A program made the position numbers and the translations under genes. DNA of 64,000 bases from assembly GCA_018240565.1 (NCBI GenBank), contig JAFEFO010000040.1:37000-100999 (forward strand). Direction: 5' to 3'. A model generated the notes under the pieces. The model was not told where the DNA came from, searched no databases, and worked only from the letters and a program-made list of their open reading frames with translations. The stretch is from Pseudomonadota bacterium (GTDB lineage: Bacteria; Pseudomonadota; Gammaproteobacteria; Xanthomonadales; Rhodanobacteraceae). Every line of letters begins with the position of its first letter. Position 1 is the first letter of the stretch. Of the stretch, positions 28,701 through 36,413 are shown piece after piece.

Positions 28701-28914
28701 GCTGCCGCTGGCGCTCGGCTTCGGCGAAGGCAGCGAAATGCGCCGGCCGCTCGGCATCTCCATCGTCGGCGGCCTGCTGGTGAGCCAGGCGCTGACCCTC
28801 TACACCACGCCGGTGGTGTACCTGTACATGGATCGCTTCCGGCTGTGGTGCAAGGGCAAATGGGCGCGCATCTACCACGCGCCGGCGGGGAGCACGCCGG
28901 CGGCGGTGCGTTGA
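25789..28914 (+). CDS. mdtC: RND multidrug efflux pump subunit MdtC
   Basis: 1041 aa RND paralogue immediately after mdtB. The N-terminus is [21 protein letters not shown]. Confidence 0.9.
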   Translation: MNPGGISSPFIRRPVATTLLTIGVLLSGAFAFTLLPVAPLPQVDVPAISVSADLPGASPETMATSVATPLERQLGRIAGVTEMTSSSSRGSTRVVLVFDLSRDIDGAARDVQAAINAARAQLPSGMPGNPSYRKFNPADAPVMILTMTSKTLSRAQMYDAASTIVAQKIAQVQGIGQVEVSGSSLPAVRVELNPTALNHYAIALDTVRTAIQNANANRPKGFVELDDRHWQIATNDQAREASQYRDLIVAWRGGAPVRLSDVADVQDSVEDVRNLGLSNGEPAVIVLLYKQPDANIIATSDRVQALIPQLQASIPADIQIKVASERTSTIRASLHDVERALIIATLLVIGVVFVFLRNGRATLIPAVAVPVSLVGTFAIMYLCGFSLDNLSLMALTIATGFVVDDAVVVLENITRHMEAGMPRLQAALLGAREVGFTVLSMSLSLIAVFLPILLMGGIVGRLFREFSVTLSVAILVSLVVSLTTTPMMCARLLRHDEKKAPSRFAQASQRAFDAVHRFYERTLRAALAAPGLTIFTLFATVCLNVFLYIEVPKGFFPSEDTGRLVGGIRADQSISFQAMSGKMKDLMRIVKADPAIDTVVGFTGGGGHSNGGFMFASLKPLAERGGVSTDDVINRLRPVLSRQPGARLFLQAAQDIRTGGRQSNSTYQYTLLSDDLDALRTWGPKIAAALQNVPEVTDVDSDQQDKGLETQLVFDRDAAARLGITTQQIDSTLNDAFGQRQVATIYNALNQYHVVMEVAPQYQQDPSALDDIQVQNRSGQMVPLAAFAHYQPGNAPLEVEHQGQFAATTISFNLPAGVSLGEAYQAIALTMARLGVPPSIHGSSAGTGQLFAQSQSSAPWLILAALLAVYIVLGVLYESYVHPCTILSTLPSAGVGAIVALLICRTEFSLIALIGVILLIGIVKKNAIMMIDVALDAERNRGMGAHDAIFHACLLRLRPILMTTLAAMLGALPLALGFGEGSEMRRPLGISIVGGLLVSQALTLYTTPVVYLYMDRFRLWCKGKWARIYHAPAGSTPAAVR

Positions 28915-28915
28915 T

Positions 28916-29398
28916 TCAAGCCAGATGCGCTTCCAGAAACCACAACGCCTTGTCCAGCGCGCGTGAAATGCCGGTGAACAGATCCGAGGTGTCGGCGTCG
29001 CCCTGTTTGCCGGAGGTTTCGATCGCGGCACGCGTGGACTTGGCCAGCGCCGCGTAGCGGTCGGCGAGGGCGGCCACGGCTTTCAATCCGTCAAGGTGGC
29101 CGTCGGGAAATTCCGCCAGGCGCGAGGTCTTCGACGCCATGCGCGCGGTGCCGCGCGCGACGCCGCCCAGCGAAGTGATGCGCTCGGCGATGTCGTCGAC
29201 CGGATCTTCGATGTCCTCGGCGAGCTTGTCGAACAATTCGTGCAAGGCGATGAAGTGCGGGCCCTGCACGTTCCAGTGCGCCTGCTTGATCTGGGTGGAC
29301 AAATCCAGCGTGTCGGCGAGTTGCTGGTTGAGCAGGGCGATCATGCTCGCGCGCAGTTTCGGTGCGATATCGATGCGGCTGGCGTAGGCCTTGGCCAT
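28916..29398 (-). CDS. dps: DNA starvation/stationary-phase protection protein Dps
   Basis: 160 aa. Ferroxidase-site region HWNVQGPHFIALHELFD..ED..D.IAERI. Confidence 0.9.
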   Translation of the reverse strand: MAKAYASRIDIAPKLRASMIALLNQQLADTLDLSTQIKQAHWNVQGPHFIALHELFDKLAEDIEDPVDDIAERITSLGGVARGTARMASKTSRLAEFPDGHLDGLKAVAALADRYAALAKSTRAAIETSGKQGDADTSDLFTGISRALDKALWFLEAHLA

Positions 29399-29408
29399 GA
29401 CGGACTCC

Positions 29409-29435
29409 TTGCGGTGGATGTGGCCACACTATAAT
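29409..29435 (+). promoter_or_regulatory. Candidate sigma70 promoter for hrpA
   Basis: TTGCGG (29409-29414), a 15-nt spacer, then a perfect TATAAT (29430-29435). The spacer is shorter than optimal. There is no experimental support. Confidence 0.35.
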
Positions 29436-29468
29436 CCCGCGCGACACGAAGGGAAAATCGAACCTTGC

Positions 29469-29490
29469 GATGCAACCGATAGGTTGCATC
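29469..29490. promoter_or_regulatory. Perfect 9-4-9 palindrome in the dps/hrpA divergent region (candidate operator or leader hairpin)
   Basis: GATGCAACC GATA GGTTGCATC. It ends 10 nt before the hrpA GTG and begins 71 nt upstream of the dps ATG. Confidence 0.4.
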
Positions 29491-29500
29491 TATCACTGCC

Positions 29501-32500
29501 GTGAAGCCGCCGCACCGCCCGCCCCCTGTGCTGACCACGTTGCTCGACGAGACTGTGCTCGCCGAACGGCGAGGCTTGGCGCGCGCGCTGGAACGCCTCG
29601 GCGCACATGCGGACGACGCAGCGCTGGCGGCGTGGCGCACGCACGTGGATGCGGCGCGCGCACGCTACGCCGCGCGTGCGGCGAACGTGCCGCCTATTCG
29701 CATCGATGAATCGCTGCCGATCGCGGCGAAGGCCGACGAGATCGTGCGCCTGATCCGCGAGCACCAGGTGCTTGTCCTCGCCGGCGAAACCGGTTCCGGA
29801 AAAAGTACACAATTACCAAAATTGTGCCTGGCTGCCGGACGCGGCGTGGCCGGGCTGATCGGCTGCACGCAACCACGTCGCGTCGCCGCGCGCAGCGTGG
29901 CGCGTCGCGTCGCTGCGGAATTGGGCACGGAGTTGGGCAGCCTCGTCGGCTACCAGGTCCGGTTCGCGGAGAAGGCCAGCGAGCGCACCCTGGTCAAGTT
30001 CATGACCGATGGCATCCTGCTCGCCGAGACGCAATCCGATCCCTGGCTCAACGCCTACGACACGATCATCCTCGACGAGGCGCACGAGCGCAGCCTGAAT
30101 ATCGACTTCCTGCTGGGTTACTTGAAACGCCTGCTCGCGCGCCGACGCGATCTGAAACTCATCGTCACCTCGGCGACGATCGACACGAGCCTGTTCGCGC
30201 GGCATTTCGATACCGCACCGGTCATCGAAGTCGAAGGCCGCGGCTATCCGGTCGAGGTGCGCTGGCGGCCCATTGAAATGTTCGCGGCCAACGGCCGCGG
30301 CACGCGTCCCTCGCCCGCGAAGCGGGAGAGGGGGGAACCGTCGGCGGATGCCGACGGTGGGGTGAGGGCGGTTGCACGCATCGAGTTGAATGTGGCGGAG
30401 CAGATCGCTGCCGCACTGGATGAAATCACCGCCGAGGATCCGCGCGGCGACGTGCTGGTGTTCCTGCCCGGCGAGCGCGAGATCCGTGATGCGCACCTGG
30501 CGCTGACGCGGCGCCGCTATCGTTCGACGGACGTGCTTGCGCTGTATGCGCGCCTGTCCGCCGCCGAACAGGATCGGGTGTTCAAGCCCGGAGCGGGACG
30601 CCGCATCGTGCTTGCCACCAATGTGGCGGAAACCTCGCTCACCGTGCCGCGCATCAAGTACGTCGTCGACACCGGCACCGCGCGCGTGAAGCGCTACTCG
30701 CCGCGCAACCAGCTCGAACGCCTGCACATCGAGCCGATCTCGCAGGCGGCCGCGGACCAGCGCAAGGGCCGCTGCGGCCGCGTCGGTCCGGGTATTTGCG
30801 TACGCCTGTACAGCGAAGAGGATTTCGCGGCGCGTGCGCGCTATTCCGATCCGGAAATCCTGCGTTCCTCGCTCGCGGGCGTGATCCTGCGCATGTTGAG
30901 CTTGAAGCTCGGCGAGGTCGAGAAGTTCCCGTTCGTCGAAGCGCCAGACGCGCGCGCAATCAATGACGGCTGGCGGCGTTTGTTCGAGTTGCAGGCGGTG
31001 GATGCGGACAAGCGCCTGACGCCGACAGGACGGGAAATGGCGCGCTGGCCGATCGACGTCGCACTCGCGAGGATGCTGATCGAAGCGCAGCGCAAGGACG
31101 CGCTGCGCGAAATGCTGATACTCGCGGCATTCCTGTCGATCCAGGATCCGCGCGAGCGACCCGCCGATGCGCGCCAGGCCGCCGATGCCGCGCATGCGCA
31201 ATGGGCGGATCCGAAATCCGATTTCATCGGCGTGCTCAATCTGTGGCATGCGCATGCCAGCGCGCACGAGGAACTCACTCAATCGAAATTGCGCGACTGG
31301 TGCCGCGAACGGTTCCTTTCGTATTTGCGCATGCGCGAATGGCGCGAGCTGCATCGGCAGTTGTTGTTGATTGGCGGCGAATCCGAAGGACCAACGCCTA
31401 CGTCCCCCTCTCCCCCATTGCGGGCAATGGGGGAGAGGGCTGGGGTGAGGGGGAGGCGCAGCGGTATTTCCGCAACATCGAATCCGCTCGGGATGTCACC
31501 CCCTCACCCAACTCTCTCCCCCAACACGGTTGGGGGAGAGGGCTTGTCCTACGAAGCGATCCACCGCTGTCTGCTCGCCGGCTGGCCAACACAGGTCGGG
31601 CGCCGCGACGAACGCGGCGAGTATCGCGGTACGCGCGAGCGCAAGTTCCGCGTCTTTCCGGGATCGGCCTTGGCAAAGGCGCCGCCGCAATGGTTGCTGG
31701 CCGGCCAGATCATCGACCTGCAAAAAGTCTATGCCATGTCGTGTGCGCGCATCGAGCCGGAATGGGTCGAACAACAGGCCGCGCATCTGGTCAAGAAGTC
31801 ATGGCGCGATCCGCACTGGTCGCGCAAGCGTGGCGCCGTGCTCGCGTTCGAGCAGGTCACGCTGTTCGGCTTGACGCTGGTGGAAAAGCGCAGCGTGGCG
31901 TTTGCCACGCAGGATCCGGCGGCGGCGCATGAGGTGTTCATGCGCGAGGCGCTGGTACGCGGCGATATCGATTGCCGTGCCGATTGCGTGCGCGCGAATG
32001 CGCGGGTGCTCGCGCAGGCGCAGGAACTGGAAGCCAAGCAACGCCGTAGTGGATTGATTCGCGGCGAAGACGAACTTGCCGCATTCTTCTCCGGCAAGCT
32101 GCCCGCGGACATTTCCACCGCTGCCGCGTTCGACGCCTGGTATCGGCGTGCGCCAGCAGCAGAACAGGCGGCGATGCGCTGGTCGCTGGATGATGTTCTC
32201 GCCAGCACGCCGGGTTTGCGCGCGTCGGACTTCCCCGCAACGATGGCCTTTGCCGGCCATCGCCTGAAACTCGAGTACCGTTTCGTGCCGGGCGACGCGG
32301 CGGATGGCGTGACGTTGCAGGTGCCGCTGGCGTTCGTCAATGCGGTATCCGCATTGTCCTGCGATTGGCTGGTTCCGGGATTGCTCGCCGACAAGGTCGC
32401 CGAACTGATCCGCGGCCTGCCCAAGTCCCTGCGCCGCAATTTCGTGCCGGCGCCGGATTTTGCGCGCGCATTCGCGCAAGCCGAGGCGCCGCGCGACGAA

Positions 32501-33577
32501 AGCGTCATCAAGGCACTGGCCGGCTATCTGCAACGCGTAACCGGCGTGGAAGTGTCCGAACGCGATTTCGCAGCGATCGAACTACCGGCGCACCTGGCGA
32601 TGCGCTTTCGCGTGCACGACGAGCAAGGCAAGACTCTGGCCGAAGGCCGCGACATCGATGCGCTGCGCGGCGAGTGGGGCGCGGCGGCGAACGCGGCGTT
32701 CTCACGTCATGCCGATGTCGAGTTGGCGCGCGAGGACGTAGCCGAATTCGATTTCGACGAGATCTCGCCCGTGGTGACCGGCGCGGGCGGTGTCGCTGCC
32801 TATCCCGCGCTGGTCGATCTGGGCGAGTCCGTCGCGCTGCGCGTATTCGAGCGTGCCGATGAAGCGCGCGATGCACACGCAGGGGGCGTCGAACACTTGC
32901 TGCGGCGCGCGCTGCGCGAGACGATCAAGCAGGCGAGAAGGCAACTTCCCATCGAGCGCAAGCTGGCCTTGAAATACGCCGGCATCGCCAGCGTCGACGA
33001 ATTGCGTGACGACATCGTCGAGGCCGCGCTTGCCGATTTGCTGGCTGCACGCGATCTTGACGTGCGCACGCGCGAGGCATTCCGGAGTACGACAAATGAA
33101 CTGGCGCGCGAGTTGTTTCCTGCGGCGGTCGAGCGCCTGAAGATCGTCGAGGAAGTCCTGTCGGCGTATGCGGAGCTTTCGCCATGGTTGGAACCGCCGC
33201 TGATGGGCTATGCGCGCGCCAACTACGACGATCTGCGCGAGCAACTCGATGCACTGGTGCATCCGGGATTCGTGCGCGATGTGGAAAAATCCCGATTGGC
33301 GCATTTTCCACGTTATCTGAAAGCCATGCGCCTGCGCGCCGAGCGTTTGCGCCAGGATGCCGCGCGCGACCAGGCCAAGATGCTCACCGTGCGCGTGTAC
33401 TGGAGCGATTACCTCAAGCTTGTTGCCACGCACGGCGCGCACGACACCGCGCTTGCGGAATTGCGTTGGCTGATCGAAGAACTGCGCGTGTCACTGTTCG
33501 CGCAGGAACTCAAGACCGCCGAGCCGGTGTCGCCGAAGCGGCTGGCGAAGCTGGTCGAAGGTTTGAAGGCGAGTTGA
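29501..33577 (+). CDS. hrpA: ATP-dependent RNA helicase HrpA (DEAH box), carrying two in-frame repeat insertions
   Basis: Contains GETGSGKSTQLPK, DEAHERS, TSATID, TNVAETSLTVP and QRKGRCGR. 1358 aa. GTG start. Confidence 0.9.
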   Translation: MKPPHRPPPVLTTLLDETVLAERRGLARALERLGAHADDAALAAWRTHVDAARARYAARAANVPPIRIDESLPIAAKADEIVRLIREHQVLVLAGETGSGKSTQLPKLCLAAGRGVAGLIGCTQPRRVAARSVARRVAAELGTELGSLVGYQVRFAEKASERTLVKFMTDGILLAETQSDPWLNAYDTIILDEAHERSLNIDFLLGYLKRLLARRRDLKLIVTSATIDTSLFARHFDTAPVIEVEGRGYPVEVRWRPIEMFAANGRGTRPSPAKRERGEPSADADGGVRAVARIELNVAEQIAAALDEITAEDPRGDVLVFLPGEREIRDAHLALTRRRYRSTDVLALYARLSAAEQDRVFKPGAGRRIVLATNVAETSLTVPRIKYVVDTGTARVKRYSPRNQLERLHIEPISQAAADQRKGRCGRVGPGICVRLYSEEDFAARARYSDPEILRSSLAGVILRMLSLKLGEVEKFPFVEAPDARAINDGWRRLFELQAVDADKRLTPTGREMARWPIDVALARMLIEAQRKDALREMLILAAFLSIQDPRERPADARQAADAAHAQWADPKSDFIGVLNLWHAHASAHEELTQSKLRDWCRERFLSYLRMREWRELHRQLLLIGGESEGPTPTSPSPPLRAMGERAGVRGRRSGISATSNPLGMSPPHPTLSPNTVGGEGLSYEAIHRCLLAGWPTQVGRRDERGEYRGTRERKFRVFPGSALAKAPPQWLLAGQIIDLQKVYAMSCARIEPEWVEQQAAHLVKKSWRDPHWSRKRGAVLAFEQVTLFGLTLVEKRSVAFATQDPAAAHEVFMREALVRGDIDCRADCVRANARVLAQAQELEAKQRRSGLIRGEDELAAFFSGKLPADISTAAAFDAWYRRAPAAEQAAMRWSLDDVLASTPGLRASDFPATMAFAGHRLKLEYRFVPGDAADGVTLQVPLAFVNAVSALSCDWLVPGLLADKVAELIRGLPKSLRRNFVPAPDFARAFAQAEAPRDESVIKALAGYLQRVTGVEVSERDFAAIELPAHLAMRFRVHDEQGKTLAEGRDIDALRGEWGAAANAAFSRHADVELAREDVAEFDFDEISPVVTGAGGVAAYPALVDLGESVALRVFERADEARDAHAGGVEHLLRRALRETIKQARRQLPIERKLALKYAGIASVDELRDDIVEAALADLLAARDLDVRTREAFRSTTNELARELFPAAVERLKIVEEVLSAYAELSPWLEPPLMGYARANYDDLREQLDALVHPGFVRDVEKSRLAHFPRYLKAMRLRAERLRQDAARDQAKMLTVRVYWSDYLKLVATHGAHDTALAELRWLIEELRVSLFAQELKTAEPVSPKRLAKLVEGLKAS
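30308..30370. repeat. Family A half-unit inside the hrpA coding sequence
   Basis: Order: CCCTCGCCCGCGAAGCGGGAGAGGGG, spacer, GGGGTGAGGGCGG. It is translated as ..PSPAKRERGEPSADADGGVRAV.. in the hrpA frame. Confidence 0.75.
31404..31540. repeat. Family A full composite unit inside the hrpA coding sequence
   Basis: Order: CCCCCTCTCCCCCATTGCGGGCAATGGGGGAGAGGG, GGGGTGAGGGGG, spacer, CCCCCTCACCC, CTCTCCCCCAACACGGTTGGGGGAGAG. It is translated as SPSPPLRAMGERAGVRGRRSGISATSNPLGMSPPHPTLSPNTVGGEG. Confidence 0.85.
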
Positions 33578-33587
33578 AAACCGAAAG

Positions 33588-33634
33588 CTGGATCCCGGCT
33601 CAGCGCACATCCATGTGCTGGCCGGGATGACGAC
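33588..33634. repeat. Family B single-hairpin unit in the convergent hrpA / 33644-34120 gap; probable bidirectional terminator
   Basis: The minus-strand reading is GTCGTCATCCCGGCC-AGCACATGGATGTGCGCTGA-GCCGGGATCCAG, which has the same end signature as the other family B copies. Confidence 0.6.
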
Positions 33635-33643
33635 CTCGTGTCG

Positions 33644-34120
33644 TCATTTGATCCGCGTCACGCGCAGGCTCTGGCTGCGGCAGGGCTCGACATACATCAA
33701 CCAGCTGCCCATCAGCGTCGGCCTGATGGTGACTTTGGGATTCTCGAACGATCCGCACTGATAGCTGGCCGACTCGGCCTGCTGCCACTGCTGGCCATTG
33801 TCGAGCGTGAAGACGGTCTTGCCGTACCAGCCGGTGAAGGGGCCGACGATATGCGCGTCGACGGGCTCGCGCGAGGATTCCTGCGGATAGAACACCGGCT
33901 TGCCGGTCGGGCTGACATAAGTCACCTGGGTGCCGTAGTGTGAGCGCAGCCAGGCATTGAGTGTGGCGAGCTCTTCGGCGGAAAGTTTGTCTAGGCCGGC
34001 GGCGTGGAACTCGCCCTGCGACATGCGCTCCTCGAGCGAGGAGAATTGCTCTGCGCGGACGGTCATCGCGGTCGCAGCGAACAGGCCAAAGGCGAGCATG
34101 ACAGCTATAAACTTGTACAT
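33644..34120 (-). CDS. Secreted protein of unknown function
   Basis: 158 aa with signal peptide MYKFIAVMLAFGLFAATAMTVRA. I recognised no motif. Confidence 0.6.
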   Translation of the reverse strand: MYKFIAVMLAFGLFAATAMTVRAEQFSSLEERMSQGEFHAAGLDKLSAEELATLNAWLRSHYGTQVTYVSPTGKPVFYPQESSREPVDAHIVGPFTGWYGKTVFTLDNGQQWQQAESASYQCGSFENPKVTIRPTLMGSWLMYVEPCRSQSLRVTRIK

Positions 34121-34315
34121 ATATACTTGTGCCCTTGCGGAAGATGTCGTGATTCGGGAAGTCGCCCAACCGGATCGAAGGTAGGGGCGGGCCGACTAAC
34201 CGGCCATTAACACATTCCGCGAATCAATGGCTTATCATAACCTATCGGTAGTTCAACTTTGAATCGTGGTCGGCTGCGAGGGGTGGGCGCAGCTTTCCTT
34301 TTGGGTGGAGAGACA

Positions 34316-36364
34316 ATGCGGCATTTGTTTGGTGGGATGGTTGCTGCGGCAACAGTCATGTTTCTTGGTCAGGCCGCTGCGGCGACCACGCCACTGGCAT
34401 TCACCCTCGATCTCACGGCGCCGTGTTCGGGTGGAACTTGCACGGGCCTTCATCCGACCGACATCGGCTTGCAGTTGCAGGCCAATTCGTTCAGCTATGC
34501 GGCCGGCAGCGGAGTGCAGACCGGCAGCTTCGTGACCCAGATAGGCGTGCAGGCACCCGTGGCGTGTGACGAGGTTCGTTCGAACGGAACGTTTGGCCCC
34601 ACCACGCAAACACGCCTGGAGAACGACTTCACAAACGCCAGCCCGGGCGGCTTGCTTGAGTTCAACAATCTGGGAACCGGCACCGTCGTCGACATCGGTG
34701 CGCTGTCCTACGATGGATCGAACCCACCCGGTGTTGCCGCAAGCTGGAGCAACAACAGCGCGCCGCAGGTGATTTGCTACCAGATCAACCCGGTGGGCGC
34801 CCTCGCGCCTGCCTTTGCCGCGGGTCCCGGCGGAATTTTCGCCAATGGCTTCGAGAACCACGTGGCCGGCGAGCCGTGGGTATCGGTGCAGACCGTGCGT
34901 TCACCGCAACCGGCAGTGAGCAACTATCTGGGCTATGTCGTACAGATCCACAATGCCAATGCCGCCACCGGGTGGCATCTGGGATTCGGCTACGACACCG
35001 CCTTTTTTGATCCCGCCAACAACGGCAACATCGCGCCGAAATGGGCTGTGATCAACACGTCGTCCCAGCCGCAACCGGGTCCCGTCAATCCTGGCAGTCT
35101 CACGCTGAACGCGTTCAGCGCAGGCAATTACACCGTGGCGACAGGTGACGTCAATCCCACGACACAGTCGGTATACATTTACGTCTCGCATTCGGGTTCG
35201 TCGGGCGCGGTGAACAACTGGTCGACGCTGACGAATGGACTTTACCCCGCCACGGCCTCGATCTTTCCGCCATTCGGAACGTATCCGCAGCGCTTTGACG
35301 ACAAATCCGCGGTTGCAACGGCAAGCAACCTGCCGACGCAGAACATTGGCAGCATTGTGTGCAACAACGACGTCACCTCCACCCAATGCAGCTGGTCCGA
35401 TGTGGATGGCAATCCCGGCGCTCCGGTCGTTTTTGCCAACACCATCAGCCCCACTGGCACGGTATCTTCGGATCCACTCGTCTATTTCGCCGATCCGACC
35501 AGCGGTTCGTCGGCTCCCGGCAATCTGCCTGCCGACGCACTGGCGGCCAGCAATATTTCCTGCAACGATCCCAGTGGAATCCTCGCCGGGCCGATCAGCT
35601 TCACCCAGTCGCCCAGCGCCAAGGGCGGGATGGCCGCGGGTTTCAGCTTTGCTGCCGGCAGCGGCATTCCTTACGTGCCGGGTATAGCGACCTGCACCGC
35701 AACCTTCGCCAATTCGGGCTATTCCCCGAACTTGTCGAGCACGATCTCGTTTTCGATCACGATGTTGCAAACGCAGGCGAACCATTTCGATGTCAGCGCG
35801 CAAGCTGGCAGTACGGCGGGCAGCGCGTTCAATTTCACGGTCACCGCAAAAGACGCGAACAACAACCTCGTGCCGGGCTACAACGGCACCGTGCAGTTTA
35901 CGAGCACCGATGCGAGCAACCAGAAATCGCTCCCTGCCAATTCGACGCTTAGCAACGGGACTGGCACGTTCAGTGCGACGTTGGTCACGGCCGGTAGCAA
36001 GACGATTACTGCAACCGATACCCTTACTTCGACGATCACGGGAACGTCCGGCGCCATTGTGATCACGCCGGCGGCGGCGGCCAATTTTGTGGTGCTCGCT
36101 CCGAATAGCGCTACGGCTGGAAGTCCTTTCAGTATCTCGGTTACCGCCAAGGACATGTACGGAAATACCGCGACGAATTACACCGGAACGGTGCAATTCA
36201 GCAGTACCGATAGCGCGGCGACACTGCCTTCCAACATGACGCTGACATTCGGATCTGCTACACCCAGCGTAACATTGAATACCACGGGAAGTAGCACCGT
36301 CACCGTCACCGACACGGTGACATCATCGATCACCGGTGTGTCCAATTCCATTACGGTCAATTGA
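34316..36364 (+). CDS. Large secreted/surface protein with two C-terminal Ig-like (Big-type) tandem domains
   Basis: GGAGAG lies upstream of ATG 34316. Signal peptide MRHLFGGMVAAATVMFLGQAAA. The sequence is Thr/Ser/Asn/Gly-rich. The C-terminal repeats have the pattern F.V.A...A.AGS.F...VTAKD..(G)N....Y.GTVQF.STD....LP.N.TL. Composition is visibly lower in G+C than the neighbours. Confidence 0.7.
   Translation: MRHLFGGMVAAATVMFLGQAAAATTPLAFTLDLTAPCSGGTCTGLHPTDIGLQLQANSFSYAAGSGVQTGSFVTQIGVQAPVACDEVRSNGTFGPTTQTRLENDFTNASPGGLLEFNNLGTGTVVDIGALSYDGSNPPGVAASWSNNSAPQVICYQINPVGALAPAFAAGPGGIFANGFENHVAGEPWVSVQTVRSPQPAVSNYLGYVVQIHNANAATGWHLGFGYDTAFFDPANNGNIAPKWAVINTSSQPQPGPVNPGSLTLNAFSAGNYTVATGDVNPTTQSVYIYVSHSGSSGAVNNWSTLTNGLYPATASIFPPFGTYPQRFDDKSAVATASNLPTQNIGSIVCNNDVTSTQCSWSDVDGNPGAPVVFANTISPTGTVSSDPLVYFADPTSGSSAPGNLPADALAASNISCNDPSGILAGPISFTQSPSAKGGMAAGFSFAAGSGIPYVPGIATCTATFANSGYSPNLSSTISFSITMLQTQANHFDVSAQAGSTAGSAFNFTVTAKDANNNLVPGYNGTVQFTSTDASNQKSLPANSTLSNGTGTFSATLVTAGSKTITATDTLTSTITGTSGAIVITPAAAANFVVLAPNSATAGSPFSISVTAKDMYGNTATNYTGTVQFSSTDSAATLPSNMTLTFGSATPSVTLNTTGSSTVTVTDTVTSSITGVSNSITVN
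35777..36361 (+). repeat. Two tandem coding repeats of about 95-100 codons (Ig-like domains) within the surface-protein gene
   Basis: Unit 1 is 35777-36079 (ANHFDVSAQAGSTAGSAFNFTVTAKDANNNLVPGYNGTVQFTSTD..). Unit 2 is 36080-36361 (ANFVVLAPNSATAGSPFSISVTAKDMYGNTATNYTGTVQFSSTD..). Confidence 0.75.
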
Positions 36365-36369
36365 TCGTC

Positions 36370-36391
36370 GCGGCCGCATTGCGGCGGCCGC
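36370..36391 (+). terminator. Weak terminator-like hairpin after the surface-protein gene
   Basis: GCGGCCGC, 6-nt loop, GCGGCCGC. No U-tract follows. Confidence 0.3.
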
Positions 36392-36413
36392 CGCGTAGTG
36401 CCACAGTAGCCGC

